In this document: one piece after another, positions 32,282 to 44,185 of the stretch | Layout: each line of letters begins with the position of its first letter | Numbering within the stretch: the stretch's first letter is position 1 | Source: an uncultured delta proteobacterium | GTDB lineage: Bacteria > Myxococcota_A > Polyangia > Fen-1088 | DNA: 64,000 nucleotides | Reading direction: 5' to 3' | NCBI GenBank assembly: GCA_963767925.1 | Contig: CAVYGB010000008.1 | Span: 2,816,001 to 2,880,000 of the forward strand | The notes under the pieces: model-generated | The model's input: only the letters and a program-made list of their open reading frames with translations | What the model was told of the DNA's origin: nothing | Database searches by the model: none | Program-made: the position numbers and the translations under genes

Positions 32282-33501
32282 GCGTCATCGACCGGCCACG
32301 CGAACGGCTGCTCGGCGCCCTGCTGGCGACGGCGGAGAAGCGGGGGGTCATGGCGCAGCCGACCGCCCTGCCCGACCTGCCCTGGATCACGCTCGTCGCC
32401 TTGCCCGAGCTGGCCTCGGGCGTCGCCCTGTTCGAGCGGGGCGAGGTGGCCGCCCCCGAGCTGCGCTCGCGCCTCGACCGGGTGCTGGCGGCCCACGCCC
32501 AGGGGGTCCTCTTCCTGGTGCTGGTGGGAGGCACCGCCCAGGACCGCGACATCCTCGAGGCGGCCGACCGGGACGCGCCCGATCCCAACCGCCTGGGCGT
32601 CTACCACCTCGACGGCGGGGGCCGCTTCGAGCGGGTGGCCGGCCGGCGCTCCGGGCTGCTGGCCGAGGCCGGCCGCCGCGCCGGGCAGGCCACCCCCATC
32701 GGCAACGACGAGCTGGCGGCGATCGCCGAGCGGATCCGCCACGAGCAACAGGAGGCGCTCAGCTTCGCCACCGCGCTCGAGAAGCGGCCCCAGACCGCGA
32801 CCCGCCTGCTGGGCGCGGCCTGCATCCTGTATTACATCCTCTCGCAGATCTGGGGCGCCCAGGGCTTCGGCGAGGCGCTGGTGCGGATGGGGGCCAACAG
32901 CGGCCCGCTGGTCGAGGAGGGCGAGCTATGGCGGTTGATCTCGCACGCCTTCTTGCACGGGAGCTTCTTTCACCTCGCGATAAACCTCGTCGCCCTCATC
33001 AGCTTCGGTGGCTTTCTCGAGGGCCTGCTGGGCTGGCGGCGCTACCTGCTGCTCTACGGCCTTTCGGCCCTGACCGGCGGGATCGCCAGCGCGCTGCTGG
33101 CAGGGGTGGTCCTGTCGGTCGGCGCCTCGGGCGCGATCTGGGGGCTGATGGCGGCGGGCGTCGGGCTGGTCTGGTTTCGACCGGCGCTCTTGCCGCGGGC
33201 GGTGGCGGCGCGGCTACGCCCGCGCTTGCTGGGCGTGCTGGTGCTGAACTCGGCGTTCTCCCTGTTGCCGCTGTTCCTGCCCGGCACGGTGCGGATCGAT
33301 CTGTATGCCCACGGCGGCGGCGGCCTCGTCGGATTCGCGCTGGCCGCCACCGGGCTGCTCACGCGCGGCCTGACCGACCCCGGCGCACGCGAGCCGGCGG
33401 CCTTGCGGATCGGCGCGGCGGGCATGTTGCTGCTGCTGGCGGCGGCGATCGGGCTGGCTCTGTTTACAGGGCAGCCCTGGCGGCAGTCAGGCGCTATATA
33501 G
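32278..33501 (+). CDS. Rhomboid intramembrane serine protease with a soluble N-terminal domain
   Basis: ELWRL, FLHGSFFH, VGASGAIWG and AHGGG. Confidence 0.9.
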   Translation: MSVIDRPRERLLGALLATAEKRGVMAQPTALPDLPWITLVALPELASGVALFERGEVAAPELRSRLDRVLAAHAQGVLFLVLVGGTAQDRDILEAADRDAPDPNRLGVYHLDGGGRFERVAGRRSGLLAEAGRRAGQATPIGNDELAAIAERIRHEQQEALSFATALEKRPQTATRLLGAACILYYILSQIWGAQGFGEALVRMGANSGPLVEEGELWRLISHAFLHGSFFHLAINLVALISFGGFLEGLLGWRRYLLLYGLSALTGGIASALLAGVVLSVGASGAIWGLMAAGVGLVWFRPALLPRAVAARLRPRLLGVLVLNSAFSLLPLFLPGTVRIDLYAHGGGGLVGFALAATGLLTRGLTDPGAREPAALRIGAAGMLLLLAAAIGLALFTGQPWRQSGAI

Positions 33502-33532
33502 TTTGGAGGCGGTTGATCGCCGCCCGTCCACC

Positions 33533-34594
33533 ATGGCCAAGCCAGCGCAAGACGACGACGCCCGGGACGAGCGGGAGGGCGAGGGCGACGGCGCAGGCGA
33601 CGGCGAGGGCGAAGGCGACGGTGAAGACGAGGGGGAGCGGGACGGTCTGGTCCAGGTCATCGCCGAGCCCGAGGTTCTCCGCCGTCCCGGCCGCGAGGAG
33701 GCGGGGCCCGAGGAGCCGAGCCGGCTCGAGCCGCTGCGCAGCCCCCTGCACCGCTTCCTGGCCGAGACGCGCCGCTACCCGCGGCTGTCCGAGGAGGAGG
33801 AGAAGCGCCTCATCGGCGAGGTGCGCGGGCAGGGCGACACGCGGTCGGCCCGCACCCTCGTCGTGCACAACCTGCGCCTGGTCGTGAGCATCGCCTACCA
33901 GTACCGCCAGGCCTGGACCAACGTGCTCGACCTCATCCAGGAGGGGAGCGTGGGGCTGCTCGAGGCGGTCAAGCGCTGGGACCCCACCCTGGGGACCCGC
34001 TTCGGCTCGTACGCCGCCTACTGGATCCGGGCCTACATCCTCAAGTTCCTCATGACCAACGCGCGCCTCATCCACGTGGGCAACACGCGCGCCGGTCGCA
34101 AGCTGTTCTTCCGGCTGGAGCGCGAGCGGTCCAAGCTGCTGGCCGCCGGGTTCGATCCCACCCCCAAGCTGCTGGCCGCCAAGCTGGACGTGGACGTGGC
34201 CGACGTCGAGGAGGTCTCGGCCCACCTCGCGTCCCGGGAGATCTCGCTCGACCCCCGCCCCGACGACGAAGGCATCGCCCTCGAGGAGCGGCTGCCGGGC
34301 GCGGGCGCCTCCCCCGAGTCGCAGGCCGCCCGCAGCGAGCTGTCGGGCGCGGTGGCCGACCTCATGAAGAAGTTCGCCGCCGGCCTCACCGACCCGCGCG
34401 AGCGCGCCATCTGGCACGAGCACCTGTCGAGCGCGGACGACCCGGTGCCGCTGGGGGCCCTGGGGCAACGCTTCGGGGTGTCCAAGCAGCGCATGGGCCA
34501 GATCGCCGACAAGCTCAAGAAGCGCTTCCGGGAGGAGATCCTCCGGAGCCTCGGCACCGAGATCCAGCTCGAGTGGCAGCAGGAGGCGGACTAG
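33533..34594 (+). CDS. Sigma-70 family factor, RpoH/SigB-like, with an acidic N-terminal repeat
   Basis: NLRLVVSIA, DLIQEG, YAAYWIRA, RpoH-box-like RKLFF and HTH GVSKQRMGQI. Confidence 0.9.
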   Translation: MAKPAQDDDARDEREGEGDGAGDGEGEGDGEDEGERDGLVQVIAEPEVLRRPGREEAGPEEPSRLEPLRSPLHRFLAETRRYPRLSEEEEKRLIGEVRGQGDTRSARTLVVHNLRLVVSIAYQYRQAWTNVLDLIQEGSVGLLEAVKRWDPTLGTRFGSYAAYWIRAYILKFLMTNARLIHVGNTRAGRKLFFRLERERSKLLAAGFDPTPKLLAAKLDVDVADVEEVSAHLASREISLDPRPDDEGIALEERLPGAGASPESQAARSELSGAVADLMKKFAAGLTDPRERAIWHEHLSSADDPVPLGALGQRFGVSKQRMGQIADKLKKRFREEILRSLGTEIQLEWQQEAD

Positions 34595-34596
34595 CG

Positions 34597-35451
34597 GTGG
34601 CCAGCGAGCCGCCCTGCCCGCCGGCGACGTCGCCCTTCGAGGTGGTGGCGGTGCGGGTGGAGGCCGAGGCCGGCTGGGTCTCGACCGCGGCAGCCGACAC
34701 CCTGGCGGTCGAGGCGCCGCTCGAGATCCGCACGCCGGGCAGCTCCTCGATCACGATGCGCACCCCGGGCGCCGATCGGGAGCTGGCGATCGGCTTCCTG
34801 TTCTCCGAGGGCATCGTGCGCCACGCCGCCGAGGTGGCCGCCATCGCCGAGCTCGAGCCCGATCTCGTCGAGATCGATCTGACCGGGCCGGCGCGGGAGC
34901 GGGCGGCCGGCCGCGAGCGGCGCACAACCATCACCTCCGCCTGCGGGGCCTGCGGCAAGGCCACCCGGGCCGACGCCCTCCGCCTCGAGCCCCCCTTTCC
35001 CCCGCCGCGGTCCGACCGCCCGCGGCTGACGCCCGCGCTCATCGTCTCCCTGCCCGACCGGCTGCGGGCGGCGCAACCGGCCTTCGCCCGCACCGGAGGG
35101 CTGCACGCGGCCGGGCTGTTCGACGCCTGGGGGACCGCGCTGCTGGTGCGCGAGGACGTCGGCCGCCACAACGCCGTCGACAAGGTGATCGGGGCCCGCC
35201 TGCTGAGCGGAGGCCTGCCCGCCAGCAACCACCTGCTGGTTGTGAGCGGCCGGGCCAGCTTCGAGCTGGTGCAGAAGGCGATCCTGGCCGGGATCCCGGT
35301 GCTGGCGGCGGTGGGCGCCCCCTCCACCCTGGCGGTCGAGCTGGCCAGCGCCCACGGGCTGACCTTGCTGGGGTTCGTGCGCGACGGGCGCTTCAACATC
35401 TACAGCCAGGGAGACCGCGTCGACCTCTCGGTCGACCGGCGCGGCGCATGA
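34597..35451 (+). CDS. fdhD: Formate dehydrogenase accessory sulfurtransferase
   Basis: TMRTPG, SACGACG, TGGLHAA and EDVGRHNAVDK. Confidence 0.95.
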   Translation: MASEPPCPPATSPFEVVAVRVEAEAGWVSTAAADTLAVEAPLEIRTPGSSSITMRTPGADRELAIGFLFSEGIVRHAAEVAAIAELEPDLVEIDLTGPARERAAGRERRTTITSACGACGKATRADALRLEPPFPPPRSDRPRLTPALIVSLPDRLRAAQPAFARTGGLHAAGLFDAWGTALLVREDVGRHNAVDKVIGARLLSGGLPASNHLLVVSGRASFELVQKAILAGIPVLAAVGAPSTLAVELASAHGLTLLGFVRDGRFNIYSQGDRVDLSVDRRGA

Positions 35452-37766
35452 GCGGGGGTGGCCCGGAGCGGCCCCCGGAACAGACCCCCGACGACAGCGG
35501 CGACGTCCGCACCGGTGAGCCGGCCGCGGCGGCCGGTGGGCTGGGCGCCATCACCGCCACCCTGGCGCACGTGCTGGCCGGTCCCGGCCTCGTCCGCGGC
35601 GTGCGCGCGCTGGCGGCGATGAACCAGCGGGAGGGCTTCGACTGCCCCGGCTGCGCCTGGCCCGAGCCGGGTGGTGACACCGGCGTCCGCAGCGAGCTCG
35701 AGTTTTGCGAGAACGGGGCCAAGGCCATCGCCTCCGAGACCGCGCGCGGCCGGCTCGACGCCGCGTTCTTCGCGCAGCACAGCGTCGCCGACCTGGCCGG
35801 CCGATCCGACCACTGGCTGGCGGCGCAGGGGCGCCTGACCGAGCCGCTCGTGCGCGGGCCCGGCGACGAGCACTACCGCCCCATCGGCTGGCCGGAGGCC
35901 TTCGAGCTGGTGGCGCAGGAGGTGCGGGCCCTGGCCTCGCCCGACGAGGCGGTGTTCTACACCTCGGGGCGGACCAGCAACGAGGCGGCCTTCCTGTACC
36001 AGCTCTTCGTGCGCCAGCTCGGCACCAACAACCTCCCCGACTGCTCCGACATGTGCCACGAGTCGAGCGGGGTGGCCCTGCGCGAGTCGATCGGCGCGGG
36101 CAAGGGGACCGTCCAGCTCGCCGACTTCGACGAGGCCGACGCCATCTTCGTCATCGGCCAGAACCCCGGCACCAACCACCCCCGCATGCTGGGCACCCTG
36201 CAGGCCGCCGCCCGCCGCGGCTGCCGCATCGTCAGCATCAACCCCCTGGCCGAGGCGGGCCTCGTGCGCTTCCGGCACCCCCAGAACCCCCTCGAGATCC
36301 TGGGACCCGGGACCCGCATGGCGGCCCTGCACCTGCCGGTGCGCATCGGCGGCGACATCGCCCTCCTCAAGGCGCTGGCCAAGGAGCTGCTGGAAGAGGA
36401 GGCGCGTCACCCCGGCACGGTGCTCGACCGGGCCTTCATCGCCGCCGGCACCGAGGGGTTCCAGGCCTTCGCCGACGACATCGCCGCCGAGCCCTGGGCC
36501 GAGCTGCTCGAGGAGAGCGGGATCGCCCGCCCCCTTGTGCGCCAGGCGGCCGAGGTGCTGCTGGGCGCGCGCCGGGTGATCGCCTGCTGGGCCATGGGGT
36601 TGACCCAGCACCGCCACGGGGTGGCCAACATCCAGGGTGTGGTCAACCTGTTGCTACTCGGTGGGCACATCGGCCGGCCGGGGGCGGGGGTCTGCCCGGT
36701 GCGGGGCCACAGCAACGTCCAGGGCGACCGCACCATGGGGATCTTCGAGCACGTCGACGAGCCGTTCTTCGGCCGGCTGGGGCAACGCTTCGGCTTCTCC
36801 CCGCCGCGCCGGCCCGGGTTCGACACGGTGAAGACCATCCACGCCATGGTGGAGGGCCGGGTGGGCGTGTTCTTCGCGCTGGGGGGCAACTTCCTCTCGG
36901 CCACCCCCGACACCGCGCAGACCGCCGCCGGCCTGGCCCGCTGCCGGTTGACCGCCCACGTCTCCACCAAGCTCAACCGGTCGCACCTGGTGACCGGCCG
37001 GACCGCCCTCATCTTGCCGTGCCTGGGGCGCAGCGAGCAGGACGTCACGGCGGCCGGCGCGCAGTTCGTGACGGTCGAGGACTCGATGAGCATCGTCCAC
37101 CGCTCGCGCGGGACCTTGCCCCCGGCGGGGCCGGCCCTGCGCAGCGAGCCGGCCATCGTGGCCGGCCTGGCCCGCGCCGTCCTCGGCGATCGCAGCCGGG
37201 TCCCCTGGGAGGATCTCGTCACCGACTACGACCGGATCCGCGACGAGATCGCGGCCGTGATCCCCGGCTTCGAGGACTTCAACCGCCGGGTCCGCGGGGG
37301 CGACGGCTTCGTGTTGCCCAACCCGGCGCGCGAGCGGCGCTTCGCCACCGGCTCGGGGCGGGCCCACTTCGTCGTGCACCCCCGGCCGCGCATCGCGCTC
37401 GCGCCGGGCCAGCTCCTCATGATGACCATCCGGAGCCACGACCAGTTCAACACGACGGTCTACGGCCTCGACGACCGCTATCGGGGGATACGGGGGGGCC
37501 GGCGGGTGGTCCTGATGTCGCCCGAGGACATCGCCGCCCTCGGCCGCCAGCCGGGCGAGGTGGTGGATCTGTGCAGCCACTTCGACGGCCAGGTCCGGGT
37601 GGCGCGCCGTTTCGTCGTGGTTTCCTATCCGATCCCGCGTGGTTGCGCCGCGACCTATTTCCCCGAGGCCAACCCCCTCGTTCCGCTCGACGCCGTGGCC
37701 GCCAAGAGCAACACCCCCGCCTCCAAGTCGGTGGTGATCACGCTGCACGATCCCGCCGTCGCCTGA
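35448..37766 (+). CDS. FdhF/YdeP-family molybdopterin oxidoreductase
   Basis: GFDCPGCAWP, EFCENGAKA, NNLPDCSDMCHES and RSHDQFNTT. Confidence 0.93.
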   Translation: MSGGGPERPPEQTPDDSGDVRTGEPAAAAGGLGAITATLAHVLAGPGLVRGVRALAAMNQREGFDCPGCAWPEPGGDTGVRSELEFCENGAKAIASETARGRLDAAFFAQHSVADLAGRSDHWLAAQGRLTEPLVRGPGDEHYRPIGWPEAFELVAQEVRALASPDEAVFYTSGRTSNEAAFLYQLFVRQLGTNNLPDCSDMCHESSGVALRESIGAGKGTVQLADFDEADAIFVIGQNPGTNHPRMLGTLQAAARRGCRIVSINPLAEAGLVRFRHPQNPLEILGPGTRMAALHLPVRIGGDIALLKALAKELLEEEARHPGTVLDRAFIAAGTEGFQAFADDIAAEPWAELLEESGIARPLVRQAAEVLLGARRVIACWAMGLTQHRHGVANIQGVVNLLLLGGHIGRPGAGVCPVRGHSNVQGDRTMGIFEHVDEPFFGRLGQRFGFSPPRRPGFDTVKTIHAMVEGRVGVFFALGGNFLSATPDTAQTAAGLARCRLTAHVSTKLNRSHLVTGRTALILPCLGRSEQDVTAAGAQFVTVEDSMSIVHRSRGTLPPAGPALRSEPAIVAGLARAVLGDRSRVPWEDLVTDYDRIRDEIAAVIPGFEDFNRRVRGGDGFVLPNPARERRFATGSGRAHFVVHPRPRIALAPGQLLMMTIRSHDQFNTTVYGLDDRYRGIRGGRRVVLMSPEDIAALGRQPGEVVDLCSHFDGQVRVARRFVVVSYPIPRGCAATYFPEANPLVPLDAVAAKSNTPASKSVVITLHDPAVA

Positions 37767-37799
37767 GCGGCGGACGCGGCGACGTGTTATCCACCGGGC

Positions 37800-38075
37800 A
37801 TGGAGCACGTCGAAGAGCGAGAGTTCGTCGTCCGCCTGGAGATCCGCTGCGCGTTCCCGGAGGACTACGATGGCGACGAGGACGGTTACGCCTGGTACGA
37901 GGCATTTCGCCCCATCGCCAACGAGATCGCCCGCGCCGCCGCGACCGCCGTCCGCGAACGTCCAGGCTGGCGCGTTCGGCCCGGAAACCGGGGTCGCCCT
38001 GCCGACGAGGAGATCCTCCTCATAGTCGACCGGGTCGTATCGACCGATCCCGGGCCCTCAACGCCGATAAGATAA
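37800..38075 (+). CDS. Small hypothetical protein
   Basis: Clean 91-aa ORF with protein-like composition (FPEDYDGDEDGYAW). Confidence 0.6.
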   Translation: MEHVEEREFVVRLEIRCAFPEDYDGDEDGYAWYEAFRPIANEIARAAATAVRERPGWRVRPGNRGRPADEEILLIVDRVVSTDPGPSTPIR

Positions 38076-38117
38076 TGTGTTGCTGATCTAACGAAATAAT
38101 TATTGGAACATTACTGT

Positions 38118-38324
38118 TTAGTTATTTTGCCGCTTTACGTTCGATGCGTGGAGTCCTTTCGGACCCTGCACGATCTCGAATTCCACCAACTGACCCTGGC
38201 TCAGCGATCGGTACCCATCGGCCTCGATTGCGGAATAGTGCACGAATACGTCCTCCTCCCCGTCCCGCGCGATGAACCCATACCCCTTGGAATCACTGAA
38301 CCACTTCACCTTACCGGTTGCCAT
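38118..38324 (-). CDS. Cold-shock protein (CspA family)
   Basis: GKVKWF, KGYGFI and [17 protein letters not shown]. Confidence 0.96.
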   Translation of the reverse strand: MATGKVKWFSDSKGYGFIARDGEEDVFVHYSAIEADGYRSLSQGQLVEFEIVQGPKGLHASNVKRQNN

Positions 38325-38406
38325 TCACGACCCTCCTACTAACAACGAACTGCGATCGATTTCTGTCCCGGACGCTCCCCCTTTTCGAGAGGCTAGCAAC
38401 GGCAGG

Positions 38407-38434
38407 AAAGTATCGGGCTTCCAGAGCCTGTCAA
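38407..38434 (-). promoter_or_regulatory. Sigma70-type promoter of the csp gene
   Basis: Minus-strand TTGACA-N16-TACTTT about 80 nt upstream of the start. Confidence 0.55.
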
Positions 38435-38502
38435 GGGTCAAAACGAAAGGACAGGTGCGCCGCCAGGCGGCGTGATCTCCGACGGAAACCGATCGACCAA
38501 CC

Positions 38503-39153
38503 TTAGTTCTGCGCCAGGAGGCGAGCAAGAAACGCCGTTGTTTCAGCTTCTGGATCGACGGCGCTCGCAATGGCCCTGATGCACGCGACGCCGGCGGCGC
38601 CCGCCGCCCGGCACAGCGGGGCGGCGTCGGCGGTGATCCCGCCCAGGGCCAGCACGGGCATCGGCGAGAGCGCGCACGCCGCCGCCAGCGCCGAGAGGCC
38701 GCGCGCGGCGAGCAAACCCTGTTTGCTCGGCGTCTCGAACACCGGACCGAACACGACGAAGTCGGCGCCCGCCCGCGCCGCCGCCGCCACCTCATCGAGA
38801 GTGTGCGTGGACACACCGACGCGCAGCCCGGGTGCGAGCGCGCGCACCTGCCCCGGATCGAGGCCGTCCGCGGGGAGGTGAACCCCCTGCGCGCCCGCGG
38901 CCAGGGCCACGTCGATCCGCCCGTTGACGAACAGCTCGGCGCCCGCCGCCCGGGTCAGCGCGGCAATCTCGCGGGCCAGCCCGGACAGCTCGGCGATCGG
39001 GAGGTCCTTCTCGCGGAGCGACACGGCGAGCGGCGACGTGCCGTCGGCGCGGCGGAAGCGGCTCGCGCCGCGCAGGGCGGCCGCGACGACCGCCGCCAGG
39101 GGGCGGCCGCCGGTCGCCCGCCGATCGGTGATGAGGTAGATCGCCGGCGCCAC
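38503..39153 (-). CDS. thiE: Thiamine-phosphate synthase (ThiE/TenI family)
   Basis: YLITDR, LREKD, GVHL, GVSTH, GPVFETPSK and ALGGI. Confidence 0.88.
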   Translation of the reverse strand: MAPAIYLITDRRATGGRPLAAVVAAALRGASRFRRADGTSPLAVSLREKDLPIAELSGLAREIAALTRAAGAELFVNGRIDVALAAGAQGVHLPADGLDPGQVRALAPGLRVGVSTHTLDEVAAAARAGADFVVFGPVFETPSKQGLLAARGLSALAAACALSPMPVLALGGITADAAPLCRAAGAAGVACIRAIASAVDPEAETTAFLARLLAQN

Positions 39154-39163
39154 GGGCCGGGCG

Positions 39164-40159
<996 letters not shown>

Positions 40160-40208
40160 CGGTGGTAGAGAATAGTCGGGAGCGCCTCCGCGCGCATCCT
40201 TCCCTCCC

Positions 40209-40676
40209 ATGCGCTGCCCTTTTTGCCAGGCGATCGAAGACAAGGTCGTGGACACCCGACCGAGCGACAACGAGCAGGTCATCCGCCGGCGGCGCGAGTG
40301 CGTCGGCTGCAGCCGCCGCTTCACCACTTACGAGCGGGTCGAGGAGATGCTGCCCCTGGTCGTGAAGAAGGACGGCCGCCGCGAGCCGTTCGACCGGGCC
40401 AAGCTGCTGGCCGGCCTGCAGAAGGCCTGCGAGAAGCGGCCGGTCCCGATCGAGGCCTTGACCGCCGAGGTCGACTCCGTCGAACGGTCCCTGGTCGAGC
40501 TGGGTGAAAAGGAGGTGCCCTCCTCCAAGCTCGGCGACGCCAGCCTGACAGCCCTGCGGCGGCTTGACGACGTGGCCTATCTCCGGTTCGCCTCGGTCTA
40601 CCTGTCGTTCCGGGACGCGGGGGAGCTGATGCGGGAGGTGCAGCGGGTGCTGGCGTCCAAGGGCACCCCGCCGTGA
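40209..40676 (+). CDS. nrdR: Transcriptional repressor NrdR
   Basis: [18 protein letters not shown] cone and [10 protein letters not shown]. Confidence 0.96.
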   Translation: MRCPFCQAIEDKVVDTRPSDNEQVIRRRRECVGCSRRFTTYERVEEMLPLVVKKDGRREPFDRAKLLAGLQKACEKRPVPIEALTAEVDSVERSLVELGEKEVPSSKLGDASLTALRRLDDVAYLRFASVYLSFRDAGELMREVQRVLASKGTPP

Positions 40677-41863
40677 GCGGCGCGCGCCGCGCGGCCACAG
40701 CTTCCGAGCTCTCGCAGGCCGACCGGCGGTTCATGGGCCAGGCCCTCCGGCTGGCAGAGCGCGGCCGCGGCACCACCCGCCCCAACCCGGTCGTGGGGGC
40801 GGTGCTGGTGGCGGGCGGGCGGGTGATCGCCCGCGGCTACCACGCGCGGGCTGGCGGGCCCCACGCCGAGATCGTCGCCCTCGACGCGGCGGGCGGCCGG
40901 GCCCGGGGGGCGACCCTCTACGTGACCCTCGAGCCGTGTTGCCACGTCGGGCGCACGGGGCCCTGCACCGACCGGCTGCGGGCAGCCGGGCTCAAGCGGG
41001 TGGTCGTCGGCTGCATCGACGAGAACCCGCGGATGGCGGGCCAGGGGGTGACCCGCCTGCGCCGGGCCGGGCTGCGGGTCGACGTCGGCTGCCTGGAGGC
41101 GGAATGCCGGGCGGCCAACCGGGCCTTCTTCGTCTGGATAACGCAGCAGCGCCCGCTGGTCACCCTCAAGGCGGCCACCACCCTCGACGGGTTCATCGCC
41201 CCCGCGGCGCCACTGCGATCGGGCGCCGTCCACTGGATCACGGGTGAGCCGGCCCGGCAGGAGGCGCACGCCCTGCGGGTCGAGCACGACGCCATCCTCG
41301 TCGGCGCCGGGACGGTGCTGGCCGACGACCCCCGCCTGACCGCGCGGCCGGGCGGGCGCCGGGGCCCGCCGATCTTGCGGGTGGTGCTCGACGGGCGGCT
41401 CCGCACCCCACCGCGCGCCCGCCTGCTCGCCGAGCGGGGGGGGCCACCTCCCTTGATCGTGGGGACGACCGGCAGCGGCCGCCGCGACGGCCAGGCCCGG
41501 CGCCAGGCGGCCCTCGAGGCGGCGGGGGCGGAGGTGCTCCTGCTGCCGGGCGGACGGAACCGGCGGGTGCCCCTGCCCCGCTTGCTGCGGGTCCTCGCTC
41601 GCCGGGAGGTGCAGGCGCTGCTCGTCGAGGGGGGCAGCCGGGTCCACAACGCCTTCATCGTCGGGCGGCTTGTCGACCGGGTGGCGTTCTTCTTCGCGCC
41701 CCGCCTGCAGGGGGCGGGGGTGCCGCTGTCGGCGGGCGAGCGGGGGCTGCCCTGGTCGGATCCCCTCCGGCTGGGCCCCGTCGAGGTGCGGCGTTTTTCG
41801 GGTGATATACTCCTTTCGGCTGACGTGCTCCCCGTCGGGAAACCGTCGCTCGTGAGGGACTGA
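40673..41863 (+). CDS. ribD: Riboflavin deaminase/reductase RibD
   Basis: [23 protein letters not shown] and VEGG. Confidence 0.95.
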   Translation: MSGARRAATASELSQADRRFMGQALRLAERGRGTTRPNPVVGAVLVAGGRVIARGYHARAGGPHAEIVALDAAGGRARGATLYVTLEPCCHVGRTGPCTDRLRAAGLKRVVVGCIDENPRMAGQGVTRLRRAGLRVDVGCLEAECRAANRAFFVWITQQRPLVTLKAATTLDGFIAPAAPLRSGAVHWITGEPARQEAHALRVEHDAILVGAGTVLADDPRLTARPGGRRGPPILRVVLDGRLRTPPRARLLAERGGPPPLIVGTTGSGRRDGQARRQAALEAAGAEVLLLPGGRNRRVPLPRLLRVLARREVQALLVEGGSRVHNAFIVGRLVDRVAFFFAPRLQGAGVPLSAGERGLPWSDPLRLGPVEVRRFSGDILLSADVLPVGKPSLVRD

Positions 41864-41864
41864 C

Positions 41865-42500
41865 ATGTTCACCGGCATCGTCGAAGCGCAGGGACGCGTC
41901 GAGGGGCTGCGCGCGCAGCGCCTGTCGATCTCGACCACCCTCGACCTGCGGACGGTGCCCCACGGCGGGTCGATCGCGGTCAGCGGCGTCTGCCTGACCG
42001 TCGTCGCGCGCCGCGCCCGGCGCCCGGGCTGGACCTTCGAGGCCGACCTGGGCCCCGAGACCCTGGCCCGCACCACCCTCGGCGAGCGCCAGGCCGGCGA
42101 CCCGGTCCACCTCGAGCGCCCGCTGCGGGTGGGCGATCCCCTCGGTGGGCACCTGGTGGCCGGGCACGTCGACGGGGTGGGCCGCCTGCGCAAGGCCATC
42201 CGCCGGGGCGAGGCCCTCGAGCTCGAGGTGGCCGCGCCCGCGCAGATCGCTGGCTACCTGACGCCGAAGGGCTCGGTGACCATCGACGGGGTCAGCCTCA
42301 CCGTCAACAAGGTTGCCGGGCGGACCTTCTCGGTCACGCTCATCCCCCACACCCTGGCCGTGACCCACCTCGGCGCCCTGCCGACCGGAGCCCGCGTCAA
42401 CCTCGAGGCAGATATGCTCGCCAAGCAGGTGGCGCGCTTGCTCGATCGGCGCCGGACCGCAAGAACCCCCAGCAACGGGAGAGCCCGCCGTGTCATCTGA
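41865..42500 (+). CDS. ribE: Riboflavin synthase
   Basis: [24 protein letters not shown] and VNLEAD. Confidence 0.95.
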   Translation: MFTGIVEAQGRVEGLRAQRLSISTTLDLRTVPHGGSIAVSGVCLTVVARRARRPGWTFEADLGPETLARTTLGERQAGDPVHLERPLRVGDPLGGHLVAGHVDGVGRLRKAIRRGEALELEVAAPAQIAGYLTPKGSVTIDGVSLTVNKVAGRTFSVTLIPHTLAVTHLGALPTGARVNLEADMLAKQVARLLDRRRTARTPSNGRARRVI

Positions 42501-43689
42501 AGCCCCAACGCCCCACCTGAACATCGACGCCGCCATCGCCCAGATCCGGGCCGGGCGCATGGTCGTCGTCGTCGACGACGAGGACCGGGAGAACGAGGGC
42601 GACCTCACCATGGCCGCCGACCTCGTCACGCCCGAGGCGGTAAACTTCATGGCCCGGCTGGGCCGGGGGTTGATCTGCCTGTCGCTCACCGAGGACAAGG
42701 TCACGACGCTCGGCTTGCCGATGATGACCCACGAGAACCGCTCGCCGCGCGGCACCGCCTTCACGGTCAGCATCGACGCCCGCCACGGCATCACCACCGG
42801 CATCTCGGCCCGGGAGCGGGCCCACACCATCCTCACGGCGGTGTCCCCGACGGCCACCGGCGGTGACCTCGTCACGCCCGGGCACATCTTCCCCCTGCGC
42901 GGTCGCCGGGGTGGCGTGCTGGTGCGCTCCGGCCACACCGAGGCGGCCATCGACCTGGCACGGCTGGCGGGGCGCGAGCCGGCCGGCGTGATCTGCGAGA
43001 TCATGCGGGAGGACGGCGAGATGGCCCGGCTGCCGGATCTGGAGCGCTTCGCCGCCGATCACGGGCTGGGCATCGTTCGCATCGCCGATCTCATCCAGCA
43101 CCGTCTCTCGCGCGAGCTGCTGGTGCGGCGGGTGCGCGAGGGGACCGTCCGCCCGCGCGGACCGGGGCTGACCAAGGAATATCGGGCCATCGTGTACGCC
43201 ACCGACGTGGAGGACACGCAATACCTGGCCCTGGTGCTGGGGGATCTCCGGCCCGACACACCGACCCTGGTGCGGGTGCAGAGCGCGCGGGTGGCGCGGG
43301 ACGTGTTCGGGCTGCTGAACGAGGGCCCCACCCCCGCCTCCTGGCTGCGCATGATCGAGGAGGAGGGGCGGGGCGTGTTCCTCTACGTGGTGGCCGGGGG
43401 CGGCTTCGACCTGGGCCTGGACCTGCCGAACGTCCCGGCGGCGCCCGCCGAGGCGGGCGCGCCAGGGGGACCCGGCCCGGCCGAGGCGATGCCCCTGCCG
43501 GGGACGCCGCTGCGCGACTTCGGCCTGGGGGCCCAGGTGCTCGCCCACCTCGGCGTCCGGGCGGTCCGGTTGCTCACCAACAAACCGCGCCGTATCGCCG
43601 GCCTGGACGGATACGGCATCCACGTCACCGAGTGCGTTCCCAGCCGCTCGCCCGCTGTGGTAGTCCCTCTGCGAGAGGAACAAGGCTGA
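42490..43689 (+). CDS. ribB: DHBP synthase with a degenerate GTP cyclohydrolase II domain (RibBX type)
   Basis: [17 protein letters not shown] and GHTEA are intact. The C-terminal domain has [12 protein letters not shown] in place of the Zn-binding Cys motif. Confidence 0.9.
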   Translation: MSSEAPTPHLNIDAAIAQIRAGRMVVVVDDEDRENEGDLTMAADLVTPEAVNFMARLGRGLICLSLTEDKVTTLGLPMMTHENRSPRGTAFTVSIDARHGITTGISARERAHTILTAVSPTATGGDLVTPGHIFPLRGRRGGVLVRSGHTEAAIDLARLAGREPAGVICEIMREDGEMARLPDLERFAADHGLGIVRIADLIQHRLSRELLVRRVREGTVRPRGPGLTKEYRAIVYATDVEDTQYLALVLGDLRPDTPTLVRVQSARVARDVFGLLNEGPTPASWLRMIEEEGRGVFLYVVAGGGFDLGLDLPNVPAAPAEAGAPGGPGPAEAMPLPGTPLRDFGLGAQVLAHLGVRAVRLLTNKPRRIAGLDGYGIHVTECVPSRSPAVVVPLREEQG

Positions 43690-44183
43690 TGCCGACCACC
43701 CACGAAGGCGCCCTGCGCGCCGACGGCAAGCGCTTCGCGGTCATCGCCGCCCGCTTCAACGACTTCATCGTCGACAAGCTGGTCGAGGGTGCCCTCGGCG
43801 CCCTCCGCCGGGCCGGGGCCGCCGACGAGGACGTGGAGGTCTTCCGCTGCCCGGGGGCCTTCGAGATCCCGGCGGTGCTGCGCCTGGTGGCCGACTCGGG
43901 GCGCTTCGCCGGAGCGATCTGCCTGGGGGTCGTCATCCGGGGGGCCACGCCGCACTTCGATCTGGTGGTGGGCGAGAGCACCTCGGGCATCGCCCGCGTC
44001 GCCGCCGAGGCTAAGCTGGCCGTCGGGCTGGGCGTGCTGGCCTGCGAGACCATCGAGCAGGCGATCGAGCGGGCGGGCAGCAAGGCCGGTAACCGCGGGG
44101 CCGACGCCGCCCTCGTCGCGGTCGAGATGGCCAACCTGTTGGCCGGGACCGCGGGGAAACCGCGGCCGGCGTCGCAGCGTTGA
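43689..44183 (+). CDS. ribH: Lumazine synthase
   Basis: ARFN, PGAFEIP, LGVVIRGATPHF and KAGNRG. Confidence 0.95.
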   Translation: MPTTHEGALRADGKRFAVIAARFNDFIVDKLVEGALGALRRAGAADEDVEVFRCPGAFEIPAVLRLVADSGRFAGAICLGVVIRGATPHFDLVVGESTSGIARVAAEAKLAVGLGVLACETIEQAIERAGSKAGNRGADAALVAVEMANLLAGTAGKPRPASQR

Positions 44184-44185
44184 CG

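Noticed and set aside
33573..33635. GA(G/C)GGC-type hexamer repeat
   Set aside because: Encodes the acidic EGDG linker of the sigma factor N-terminus; not an independent element.
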